Virus record (IMG/VR): IMGVR_UViG_3300032319_000855
Location: 1 to 31,441 of that record
Direction: 5' to 3' (one strand)
Length of the DNA: 31,441 bases
DNA from: a virus
Lineage: Duplodnaviria > Caudoviricetes
The translations under genes were made by a program, and so were the position numbers. Shown here one piece after another: positions 8,968 through 18,124 of the stretch (position 1 is its first letter; every line of letters begins with the position of its first letter). Under the pieces are notes generated by a model, which had not been told where the DNA came from, searched no databases, and was given only the letters and a program-made list of their open reading frames with translations.

Positions 8968-11900
8968 GTGGCTAAAAAGATAAAATACGTTGGTTCTAAG
9001 GCTGTTAACAAAGACTCATTACCATCACTTTCTGTATTTAATGATAGTTTTCAAACAACCATTTTTAATGGGGGTATAAATTTATCAACTGTATTTACAA
9101 ATAACACTACTATCAGTAGGGAGAAGAGAATTATTGTTACTAGGAAAGACATTTCTCTTAGCGATTTAAAAATCAAGGATATTGATGAACTTAACAATTT
9201 TATAAAGATTAGTAATAAATTAAAATTAAATCTTGACATTACCAATTTATCAAATTACGCTGTTTATGGTTCATTAAAAGAAAAGTTTAGATTTGCAGTA
9301 AATAACATAATTAATAAATTTCCAGGAGGTTTATTCCTTGATACATATATTAGTGGTATTTCTTATTTTAATATTTTAAATTATACATATGATATTGAAA
9401 AAGGTATATCAACATTTAAAGTACCTGTAACTGTAATTGACAATCCATTTTATATAAATACATATGAAAATGTAAATTTAACATCTAATTCAATTAATAG
9501 TTTAACTACAAGGTACTTAGATTATACTTTATTTTATAAAGATATAAACTATGGTATAAATGGTTTTACAGGTTTTAGTAATACAAACTCATCTTTTTTA
9601 TATTTAAGTATAAATGGTAATCCATTTTCAGGTAATTCTAGTCCACAGAATATTAGTGAAAAAGTTATCATAAAACCAAATGATATTGAATTTAATAAGT
9701 TTTATGATTCATTAAATGACCTTGAAAGGTATTTTCTTAATAAAAATTCAACACCAAAATATACATTTAAATTTAAAATTCCTGAAGTAAATGAGGATGA
9801 TGAATTAGTTTTTATAGATTATATTTTCACATTTCCTTTAAAGAGTGATGGTTATAATTTAGATACTGAGTCAATAAATTATGTTGATTTCTTAGAAACA
9901 TTATTTGGTGTTGGAGATTTATATGATGAATATAAATCTAATTTAATTATAAGGAAGTTTATTCCTAAAACTTTAATAGATTTTGATAGTACTGATTCTT
10001 TTAAATCGGAATCAATTCTAAAGGTTTATGGTAAAGAAATTGATGAGATTAAGTTATTCATTGATTCTTTAATGAGTATAAACACAGTTACTTATGACAA
10101 AATTAATAATATTCCTGATACATTAATAAAGAATCTTGCAAGAACATTGGGTTGGAAGGCTCAGAATATTATAAATAATAAGGACTTATTAGCTTCGGTT
10201 TTTGCCAATGATAAAAGTGGTGACACAGATATTATAGCTTCACTTGCTGAGGTTGATATTGAACTTTGGAGAAGACTTACAATTAATACTGCTTGGTTTT
10301 TAAAATCAAAGGGTACAAAAAAAGCACTTGAGACAATTTTTAGTTTTATAGGCGCACCTGATTATTTAATTGCAATTGATGAACATGTTTATGTGGTTGA
10401 AGTGCCACTTGATTCAAGTTTAGTTAATCAAACTTTATTAAATGATACAACAGGACTTGTATTAAAACCTGCATATGATGCTGATGGTTTCCCTGCTAAT
10501 CCAACATTTACATCTACAGATTATTTCCAAGCAAATGGAAATGAAGATAGGGGTCAATATTTTATAAATATTTATAGAAATTTAGGTTTTAATGTCACAA
10601 GAATAGTTGATAATAAAAAATCATGGGTTTATTATGAAAGTGCAAGCACTCATTCATCAATTAATAGAAATACATATTACGATTTAAATGATTCTCGTTT
10701 ATTGATAAACACAAAAGAAGTTTCATTAGGTATTGATGCTGCAAGAGCAATTGAATATGATATTTATACATTTAATAAACAATATAATTATCCTGTATCA
10801 AGCACAGGTAGGACTTTTCCATACCCACAAAGAGATTCAAACAAAATACAGGTTTCTGGTTTAACTTTTAGTCAATATGTTCAAGAAATATATTCTAAAT
10901 TTATTAATGCTCAAAACAGAAAAGTAATCCAATCAGAAACAAATGTACATTATCCATCTTTAGCAAAATTATATAATGATTATTTATATAATTCATTTGC
11001 TGATATTGGTGTTGTTTCAAATAAAAGAAGATATACAAATTTATTAGATTACATTGATAATTTAGATGGGATATTTGATGTTTTTCTAAAACAATTCATA
11101 CCTGCTACTACAATTATTGAAGGTGGTGGTATAAATATAAGAAATACTGTATTTACACCTCAAAAATTTGTCTATAAACATGGTATTGATGATGGTTCTG
11201 AATTTGAAACGGGTGTAAAAACTCCTGCTGAAACAACACAATCTTTAGTTACTATTGAAACTGAATTTTTTGAAACAATTGAAGAAAGTTTAACATTAGC
11301 AACAATATCAACAACTGTAAATATTGGTAATGGTAATATAGTTACAGATAATTTTGCTAGTGTAACACAAAATGTAAATTTACAACCAAAATGGGATTCA
11401 TTGTCTTGTGAGTTAGAAAGACCAACTTTTGCTTTAACAGGTGCTACTAAAATAGAATTATCAAGTTTAACAAATAATTCATTATTTAATAAATCAACTG
11501 AGACAGGAAAAACTTTAACATTTAATTTCACATCGTCAACATCAACATTATCAGCTTCTACTACTGAATTTTATTATACAGTTCATAAATACAATAAGCT
11601 TATTTCAGGTTTTGATGATGTTCCAATTTATACATTTATTGCATCATATACCGCTTTTACAGCAACAACATTATTAACTGATACAATAAGTGGTTCTTTA
11701 TTAAATTGTGATTCCGAATATATTGTAAAACCTTACTTTAATGTATTGTCTTGTGGACAAACAGGTCTTACATTTGTTAGCGCATCTACACCATATACTA
11801 TGTATGATGAATTCCCTATTTCGGGATATACAACAGGTACATATGTTGATATATTTGGAAATACAAAATTTTATCGTGATAGTGAAAGATTTATTAATTT

Positions 11901-12915
11901 TAAAAATCCAATAGCAAATACAGGCTCATCTTTTACAACTTTACTTAGTAAAAATAGTTATGCAACAAATTTTACAAACTATAATAAAACAGATGATTTT
12001 TATTTTGTCTCTTATTGTAAACCTGATAATCCTATTTTAAATTTACCAAGTATACTTGAAACTCAAGGATTAATAGTTGAGGCAATTCCAATTGTTGTAA
12101 CATCTTTTACAGGATTTTCAGTAAGTTATGAACCTGTTGGTGATATTGTTGTTGCAGTAAATGGTGTTACAATTCAAAAAGGATTAGAGTATGTTAGTGA
12201 TACTTCAATTTTAATACCTTCAATTGCTGCTCGTTCATTTAGACTTTTACAAAGATTAACTTCATTACATGATGATATATTAACTATAACTTATTATAGA
12301 AATACGGCAAATAATCAAAAATTATTAACAGAGAATTTAACATATCCAAGTTCAAGTCAAATAACATACAATGGTACAAAATATCAAATAGTTACATCAG
12401 ATAATATTATTAATAATAATGATATTTTACTTTATTATAATGGTATACAATTGCAAAATGGTACTGATTATTATCTTTCAGTTTTCAGTTCTAATACTAT
12501 AATTTTAGAATTTACACCTCCAAATGAAAGTCTATTTAAGGTAGTTTATTTTACAAATTCTGACCCAACAAGTGATGCAACTATTGTGGCAACAGGACCA
12601 ACTTATGAAATAAATTGGTCAATATCAAATCCAATTGAAAATGGTATAACAGGTAATTTTGTTCATCAATTTTATCCCTTATCTAATACAGGTCTAACAG
12701 GAACAACACTTTATTCAGCACTAACACCTTACAATTATACTACAACACAATATTCAACTATTTTTGATTGGACAACAATAACTCCATCACCATTGGTTTT
12801 AGGTTCAACATATTATTATAGAATAGCATCACAAAAACAATTCACAACAATAAATAATATAAATTTAAGTACTACAGCGTATAGTATTACTATAAAACTT
12901 AAATTACCTGAATAA
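8968..12915 (+). CDS. Large baseplate wedge / tail protein (P2 gpI / T4 gp7-like core with C-terminal beta domains)
   Basis: IKNLARTLGW...LWRRL..N..WFLKSKGTKKALETIFSFIG resembles the gpI/gp7 KGT motif. C-terminal VAVNGVTIQKGLEY and LYYNGIQLQNGTDY are repeats typical of phage tail proteins. It is adjacent to the spike and sheath genes. Confidence 0.6.
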   Translation: MAKKIKYVGSKAVNKDSLPSLSVFNDSFQTTIFNGGINLSTVFTNNTTISREKRIIVTRKDISLSDLKIKDIDELNNFIKISNKLKLNLDITNLSNYAVYGSLKEKFRFAVNNIINKFPGGLFLDTYISGISYFNILNYTYDIEKGISTFKVPVTVIDNPFYINTYENVNLTSNSINSLTTRYLDYTLFYKDINYGINGFTGFSNTNSSFLYLSINGNPFSGNSSPQNISEKVIIKPNDIEFNKFYDSLNDLERYFLNKNSTPKYTFKFKIPEVNEDDELVFIDYIFTFPLKSDGYNLDTESINYVDFLETLFGVGDLYDEYKSNLIIRKFIPKTLIDFDSTDSFKSESILKVYGKEIDEIKLFIDSLMSINTVTYDKINNIPDTLIKNLARTLGWKAQNIINNKDLLASVFANDKSGDTDIIASLAEVDIELWRRLTINTAWFLKSKGTKKALETIFSFIGAPDYLIAIDEHVYVVEVPLDSSLVNQTLLNDTTGLVLKPAYDADGFPANPTFTSTDYFQANGNEDRGQYFINIYRNLGFNVTRIVDNKKSWVYYESASTHSSINRNTYYDLNDSRLLINTKEVSLGIDAARAIEYDIYTFNKQYNYPVSSTGRTFPYPQRDSNKIQVSGLTFSQYVQEIYSKFINAQNRKVIQSETNVHYPSLAKLYNDYLYNSFADIGVVSNKRRYTNLLDYIDNLDGIFDVFLKQFIPATTIIEGGGINIRNTVFTPQKFVYKHGIDDGSEFETGVKTPAETTQSLVTIETEFFETIEESLTLATISTTVNIGNGNIVTDNFASVTQNVNLQPKWDSLSCELERPTFALTGATKIELSSLTNNSLFNKSTETGKTLTFNFTSSTSTLSASTTEFYYTVHKYNKLISGFDDVPIYTFIASYTAFTATTLLTDTISGSLLNCDSEYIVKPYFNVLSCGQTGLTFVSASTPYTMYDEFPISGYTTGTYVDIFGNTKFYRDSERFINFKNPIANTGSSFTTLLSKNSYATNFTNYNKTDDFYFVSYCKPDNPILNLPSILETQGLIVEAIPIVVTSFTGFSVSYEPVGDIVVAVNGVTIQKGLEYVSDTSILIPSIAARSFRLLQRLTSLHDDILTITYYRNTANNQKLLTENLTYPSSSQITYNGTKYQIVTSDNIINNNDILLYYNGIQLQNGTDYYLSVFSSNTIILEFTPPNESLFKVVYFTNSDPTSDATIVATGPTYEINWSISNPIENGITGNFVHQFYPLSNTGLTGTTLYSALTPYNYTTTQYSTIFDWTTITPSPLVLGSTYYYRIASQKQFTTINNINLSTTAYSITIKLKLPE

Positions 12916-12918
12916 AAT

Positions 12919-13890
12919 ATGACAGAAGGAGAATTAACATGGGGAAAAGAATTTGTAAGTAATAGGAGAACTCAACCATTACCAATTATCAATAGCGTAT
13001 ATATTGCTAAAGTTGTTAGTGTTGATGATGATAATAATGGTGGTATAATTCGTGTATTTATTGATGGAATTGATGAAACAAGCACTCCTGATAATAATTT
13101 AGCAATATGTTATCCTTTAATGTCAAGAATTGTGCATGTAATGCCAAAAGTTGGTGAAGCTGTTTTGGTTTTGATGGGTTCAATTTTTGAAAATAGAAAA
13201 AGTCAATTAAAAGCTAATAGATTTTGGATTGGTCCTTTATTATCAAATTATCAAAATATAATGAATGATAATACGGATGTATTTGGAATGCTTAATATTA
13301 AATCATATATTTCAACAACTAAAAATCTTACAGCAGACCCTTTACAAATTAAGGCAAGAAATAGAAAAAATGATGAAATAAATATTTTTCCTATTGATAA
13401 TACAACACCCCCTTTAAAAGAAGGAAATTTAGATGACGTAACAATAATTGGTAGAAATAATACTGATATTATACAGTCTGATAATAAAGTTACTGCAAGA
13501 GCAGGTAAACATTTAAAAAATAAACCTGATAAACAAAATAACATAAATCCATCTTATTCAATATTAGAGTTTATTGATGAAAATACATCATATGGATTAA
13601 CAGCAGGTGATGAAATTTATTTAGTAAGTCACAAAGGTAGATATAAGTTTAAGAAAATCTTAACAAAAGATGATATACAAGAATTGAGAGATAATGCTCA
13701 ATCAATGTTGTATGGTGAATTAACGGTTCAATATTTAAAAACATTAACAGAAGTTTTCTTAGGTCATATTCATCAACATCCAGGAAAAGAACCTACATAT
13801 GGTCAAAATTCAAAATATAGAATTGAAGATTTAAGAAAGGAACTTCAAAACATTGAAAATTTATTAGCTAAAAACATCAAAATTAACTAA
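12919..13890 (+). CDS. Baseplate central spike / hub protein (gp5 / gpV-like OB-fold)
   Basis: AKVVSVDD...GIIRVFI, MPKVGEAVLV and FWIG form the OB-fold signature; the C-terminal HIHQH is an HxH spike-tip metal motif. Confidence 0.75.
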   Translation: MTEGELTWGKEFVSNRRTQPLPIINSVYIAKVVSVDDDNNGGIIRVFIDGIDETSTPDNNLAICYPLMSRIVHVMPKVGEAVLVLMGSIFENRKSQLKANRFWIGPLLSNYQNIMNDNTDVFGMLNIKSYISTTKNLTADPLQIKARNRKNDEINIFPIDNTTPPLKEGNLDDVTIIGRNNTDIIQSDNKVTARAGKHLKNKPDKQNNINPSYSILEFIDENTSYGLTAGDEIYLVSHKGRYKFKKILTKDDIQELRDNAQSMLYGELTVQYLKTLTEVFLGHIHQHPGKEPTYGQNSKYRIEDLRKELQNIENLLAKNIKIN

Positions 13891-13905
13891 AGTTCAAATT
13901 TCCAA

Positions 13906-13920
13906 ACTACTTATAATAAA
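13906..13920 (+). promoter_or_regulatory. Putative late promoter motif variant upstream of tail sheath
   Basis: ACTACTTATAATAAA (one mismatch); the core ends 21 nt before ATG 13935. Confidence 0.55.
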
Positions 13921-13934
13921 TCATATTATAAAAC

Positions 13935-16900
13935 ATGGCAAATTTTAATTTTAAATCACCTAGCGTCAAATTTCAAGAAATAGACAGGAGTTTTGCTTCA
14001 GCCCCATCGTTGGGTATCACATCAGTTGGTATGGTTGGGGAAACCTTGAAAGGTCCAGCTTTCTCACCTGTTCTGATTACAGATAAAACTGAATTCAGAA
14101 GATACTTTGGTGGTACAAGTACTGTAAAATTCCCTGATAATTCAGGAAGAATGAAGTACTTAGCACCGACATATGCTAATGCCTTTTTAGAGGAAGGAAA
14201 TCAACTTTTTTTTACAAGAATTCTTGGAAAATCAGGTTATAATGCAGGTACTGCTTGGGCAATTACAGTTGGTGGTAAATGTTTAACATCAACATCAGCA
14301 CAAACATCGGTTTTTTCTTCTTCAACAGGAACAACTACATTTAGCGGAACTAGTGCTGTAACATTTACTTCAAATTCTATAAGTTTTAGTTTTAATGTTA
14401 CTGGTAATGGTACATATAATAATGTTTCCAGTATATCTTTTGTAAGAAATAGTTCTAGCGTATTTACAGCATCTAGTGCTTATGTTACTGTTTCTAATTA
14501 TATAAATTCGATAGTAAATACTGCAACTAGCGCACAAACTCAATTTAGTAGTGGTACTGAAGCAAGTAATACAGGAAGAACTTACTTAGGTATTACGATA
14601 ACAAGTGCAACAGGTTCATCATTTACTAATTTTAATAATCTTCCTATTACATTTGCTTTTGATTCAATAAAACAATATTATACTGCTGCAACAAATTATC
14701 TTTCTGTAAGTGGTTATGTTCAAAGTTCGCAGACAAGTTATATTCTTTATAGTAGCTATACATTTAGTGCAGCTTCTACACCTGTACCTATTTCGGGATT
14801 AGCTTCATTTACTTCATTTACTTATACTGCTCAAACTGACCCAACTTATGATAATATGGTCGTTGCAATTTTAAGAAGTAGAGGTATTGGATTACAAGAT
14901 GCTGCTACATTTAATATTTCATCTGTAACAGGAAGTTTTGGAAATACAATAGGAAGTCCTCTTTCAAACTTTACATTAACTGCGGTTGGTGCAAATGTTA
15001 CTGAAAACTTCCAATTTAATTTAGATGTAACATCTTCAAATTATATTGCTAAAGCAATGGGTTCTAGAAACTCTGATACTAAATCAAATCTTTGGGTTGA
15101 TGCAGTTTACCCTGATTTGATTAGAAAAGTTGCTACTGAAAATTTAATTCTTGGTATTAAAGATATTTTACCACTAACAACCACTACTTTTTCTAATTAT
15201 AAATCACAATATACCAATCCTGAAACTCCTTGGTTGGTTTCCGAACTTAATGGTAGTAAGGTAAGTAGACTTTTCAAATTTATTTCTTTTTCTGATGGTA
15301 ATGCTGCGAATAAAGAAGTTAAAATTGCAATTGAAAATCTTAATCCAACTACAAAAGAATTTGATATTGTTGTAAGAGAATATAACGATACAGATGCGAA
15401 TCCTTCAATTCTTGAAAGATTTGGAAGATGTACTATGAATCCTGATGATAATAACTTTATCATGAGAAGAATTGGTGGTGTATATAGTGATTCAGATACT
15501 TCTTTCTTAGAAGATGCAAAATCTGCTTACATTTATGTAAATGTTAATGTAAATGCCCCAATAACTTCAATTCCTTGTGGTTTTGAAGGTTATGTTTTAA
15601 GAAATTATTCAACTTCATCTACAGGTGCTGCTACTTCTGCTAAAACACCTGTTATGTTTTATAAAACAGGTTATACATCTACTGATAAAGTACTTAAAAC
15701 ATACCTTGGAATTTCTGAAAAAGCATTTGATACATCCTTTACTAATGGTTTATCAATAAATGATGACTTATTTAAGTTCTTAGGTGCTAATATTGCTGCT
15801 ACTAGTCTTTACAAAACTAAAGGTTTCCACTTAGATTCAGGTGCTACTGGTACATATACTGATTCAGTTGGTAATGTAATTGGAGAATTTGTTGTAGGTG
15901 CAGGTGCAATTTCAAATACTGTAAGTGTTGCAGCAGGAACTTACTATGCTGATTCAAATAAACGTAAATTTGTAGTTGTTCCAGCAGGTGGGTTTGATGG
16001 TTGGGATGTAAATTATGAAATGGTAGAAGGAAGGTCTATTAAAAGTACATTCGCACAAGGTGGTGTTAACGCATTCACAGGTTCTGATTATAATGCTTAC
16101 TTAGAAGCATATAAGCTTTATGAAGATACTGAAAAAACACCAATTAACTTATTTGTAACTCCAGGTATTGATTGGTCAAATAATTCCGACCTTGTTGCTG
16201 ATGCTCTTGAAATTGTTGAAGAAATACGTCAAGATGCTCTTTATATTATTGATGCACCTGATGCAAATTTAAATGATACTTCAACAGTTGTTGCAGGTTC
16301 TTATGTTGATAGTTTAGATAGTGCAAATATTGATTCTTCTTATGCTGCTACTTATGTACCTTACATTAAAAGAAAAGATGTTGACTCTAATACTAATATA
16401 TTCATCCCTCCAACAGGTGAAATCTTAAAAGCTATGGCACTTTCTGATAGAACATCCTTTATTTGGTTTGCTACAGCAGGTCTAAATAGAGGTGGATTAC
16501 CTAATGCTAGAGATGTTAGGAAAACCTTTAAAGAATCTGATAGAGATACATTGTACTTAGGTAGACTTAATCCAATCGTTAAATTCTCAAATAATACTCC
16601 AGGAATTTTTGTATATGGACAAAAGACTTTACAAGTTGCTGATTCTAAACTTGATAGAATTGATGTAAGAAGACTACTTCTTTATGCAAAACAAATCATT
16701 TCTTCTCAAGCTAGACTTTACTTGTTTGAACCTAATGATGATGTTTTAGCTACTAACTTTATTGCTGAATCCAATAAAAAACTTAAAGTTATTCAAGATA
16801 ACAGAGGTTTACAAACATTCAAAGTTAGATTAGATAATAGTTTAAATACACCTGAAAGTAGAGATAGAAATGAAATTTACTTTGTAATTGAATTATTACC

Positions 16901-16976
16901 AATTGGTGCTGTTGAATTTATTGGTCTAACATTTGTTGTAAACAAATCAACAACTGCAATTCAATTTAATGGATAA
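13935..16976 (+). CDS. Tail sheath protein, T4 gp18-like
   Basis: N-terminal SPSVKFQEIDRS and GETLKGPAF; C-terminal WFATAGLNRG, RDTLYLGRLNPI, VYGQKTLQ..S.LDRIDVRRLL, LFEPND and AVEFI. Confidence 0.95.
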   Translation: MANFNFKSPSVKFQEIDRSFASAPSLGITSVGMVGETLKGPAFSPVLITDKTEFRRYFGGTSTVKFPDNSGRMKYLAPTYANAFLEEGNQLFFTRILGKSGYNAGTAWAITVGGKCLTSTSAQTSVFSSSTGTTTFSGTSAVTFTSNSISFSFNVTGNGTYNNVSSISFVRNSSSVFTASSAYVTVSNYINSIVNTATSAQTQFSSGTEASNTGRTYLGITITSATGSSFTNFNNLPITFAFDSIKQYYTAATNYLSVSGYVQSSQTSYILYSSYTFSAASTPVPISGLASFTSFTYTAQTDPTYDNMVVAILRSRGIGLQDAATFNISSVTGSFGNTIGSPLSNFTLTAVGANVTENFQFNLDVTSSNYIAKAMGSRNSDTKSNLWVDAVYPDLIRKVATENLILGIKDILPLTTTTFSNYKSQYTNPETPWLVSELNGSKVSRLFKFISFSDGNAANKEVKIAIENLNPTTKEFDIVVREYNDTDANPSILERFGRCTMNPDDNNFIMRRIGGVYSDSDTSFLEDAKSAYIYVNVNVNAPITSIPCGFEGYVLRNYSTSSTGAATSAKTPVMFYKTGYTSTDKVLKTYLGISEKAFDTSFTNGLSINDDLFKFLGANIAATSLYKTKGFHLDSGATGTYTDSVGNVIGEFVVGAGAISNTVSVAAGTYYADSNKRKFVVVPAGGFDGWDVNYEMVEGRSIKSTFAQGGVNAFTGSDYNAYLEAYKLYEDTEKTPINLFVTPGIDWSNNSDLVADALEIVEEIRQDALYIIDAPDANLNDTSTVVAGSYVDSLDSANIDSSYAATYVPYIKRKDVDSNTNIFIPPTGEILKAMALSDRTSFIWFATAGLNRGGLPNARDVRKTFKESDRDTLYLGRLNPIVKFSNNTPGIFVYGQKTLQVADSKLDRIDVRRLLLYAKQIISSQARLYLFEPNDDVLATNFIAESNKKLKVIQDNRGLQTFKVRLDNSLNTPESRDRNEIYFVIELLPIGAVEFIGLTFVVNKSTTAIQFNG

Positions 16977-16989
16977 ACAATAAAAAGAA

Positions 16990-17004
16990 ACTATTTAAAA
17001 TAAA
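16990..17004 (+). promoter_or_regulatory. Putative late promoter motif upstream of tail tube
   Basis: ACTATTTAAAATAAA; the core ends 15 nt before ATG 17013. Confidence 0.65.
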
Positions 17005-17012
17005 GAAATAAA

Positions 17013-17507
17013 ATGCCACAAGGATTTAGAAATGTACCCACCCAATATGAACCACTCAGACCTAATAGGTTTGAGTTGTTCTTCCCTCAAGATATTGAAA
17101 TGAGTAAATATACTTGGATTATTAATGCTGTTGACAGACCTAAAATGAAAGTTAATTCAGTTCCAATTAAATATTTGAACTATGAGCAAAAAGTTGCAGG
17201 TCATGTAACTTTTGATGACTTAACAGTTGAACTAATTGATTTGCAAGGACCATCATCAGTACAGTTAATTATGGAATGGTACAGGTTATGTGCTGAAAAC
17301 TTAACAGGTAGAATGGGTTATGCTTCAGGTTATAAGAAAGACTTGAGACTTGTTGCTCTTGATCCAACTCTTGTAGGTGTTCAACAGTTCACAATTTTTG
17401 GTGCTTTCATCTCTAATCTTGACTTTGGTAAAAACGAATATACTAGTGATGAAGTACAAAAGATTACATTGACACTTAGCTATGATATAGCTGAAAATAA
17501 TTACTAA
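17013..17507 (+). CDS. Tail tube protein, gp19-like
   Basis: Follows the sheath gene. YEPLRPNRF, IMEW, TGRMGYASGYKKD, LDP, GAFI..LDFG and ITLTLSYD are myophage tube motifs. Confidence 0.9.
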   Translation: MPQGFRNVPTQYEPLRPNRFELFFPQDIEMSKYTWIINAVDRPKMKVNSVPIKYLNYEQKVAGHVTFDDLTVELIDLQGPSSVQLIMEWYRLCAENLTGRMGYASGYKKDLRLVALDPTLVGVQQFTIFGAFISNLDFGKNEYTSDEVQKITLTLSYDIAENNY

Positions 17508-17528
17508 CAATAGTAATATTCTAAAATT

Positions 17529-17561
17529 AAAAGTCCCATTGGTTTCCGATGGGATTTTTTT
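17529..17561 (+). terminator. Rho-independent terminator after the tail tube gene
   Basis: GTCCCATTGG-TTT-CCGATGGGAT stem (two G-U pairs), preceded by an A run and followed by a T run. Confidence 0.85.
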
Positions 17562-17576
17562 GGTATAAATATTGTA
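17560..17576 (+). promoter_or_regulatory. Candidate sigma54-type (-24/-12) promoter for Hsp20
   Basis: TTGGTATAAATATTGTA versus consensus TTGGCACGNNNNTTGCW: identical GG-N8-TTG spacing, 28 nt before ATG 17605. Confidence 0.45.
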
Positions 17577-17604
17577 TATTTATAACTATAAAACAATTAT
17601 TATT

Positions 17605-17970
17605 ATGATAAATTATAAATTTAATAAATTTCTAACAGATGAAATGAAGTATTTTGATACTTTTTCAACAACAAGCACATCAATAAAAGATTATTTTGAA
17701 AAAACTTATCCGTACAAAGATTTTAAAAAACAATTACAATTTGCAGGGTTTGATAAAGAAGAAATTTCTATATCGTATGAGAATGACTATTTGGCTATTG
17801 ATGGTAAATCTGTCATGTTAGATAGTGTGTATTGTAAAAGATATTATTTACCAGCAAAACATTATGATGTTAATAACATTTCCGTAAAATTTGAGAAGTG
17901 TGTATTAACTGTTGAATGTAAATTGAAAGAAGAAAAAGAGTCAAAAGTGATGAAGATTGTGATTAAATAA
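17605..17970 (+). CDS. Small heat-shock protein (Hsp20 / alpha-crystallin family)
   Basis: AGFDKEEISISYENDYLAIDG, YYLP...DVNNISVKFEKCVLTV and C-terminal KIVIK (IxI). ATG 17605 is preferred over TTG 17572. Confidence 0.85.
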   Translation: MINYKFNKFLTDEMKYFDTFSTTSTSIKDYFEKTYPYKDFKKQLQFAGFDKEEISISYENDYLAIDGKSVMLDSVYCKRYYLPAKHYDVNNISVKFEKCVLTVECKLKEEKESKVMKIVIK

Positions 17971-18100
17971 ATCTAATTCTTTGTTTTTGTATGAGTTTTT
18001 GTTTAGAGAGCATGAATTTCTTTTGATAAGCTACATTACTTGTTTTGCTGTGTATTTTTATTTCAAGATTGAAATGCTCTCTTTTTTCTTTTAACAACAT
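17963..18100 (-). CDS. Possible 45-aa basic peptide downstream of nrdA
   Basis: ATG-initiated ORF MLLKEKREHF...KQRIRFI fills the gap between nrdA and Hsp20; no recognisable motif. Confidence 0.3.
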   Translation of the reverse strand: MLLKEKREHFNLEIKIHSKTSNVAYQKKFMLSKQKLIQKQRIRFI

Positions 18101-18124
18101 AATTTGTAATTTTTATATTATAAA

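Noticed and set aside
12919-17507. Bacterial contractile injection system (eCIS/T6SS) instead of a phage tail
   Set aside because: Capsid, neck, RNR, primase-like and sigma genes in the same window indicate a complete phage.
17963-18100. Phage-encoded ribosomal protein bS21 as the identity of the small basic ORF
   Set aside because: It lacks the bS21 pattern (E..E.ALKRFKR...KPS); only the size and charge are similar.
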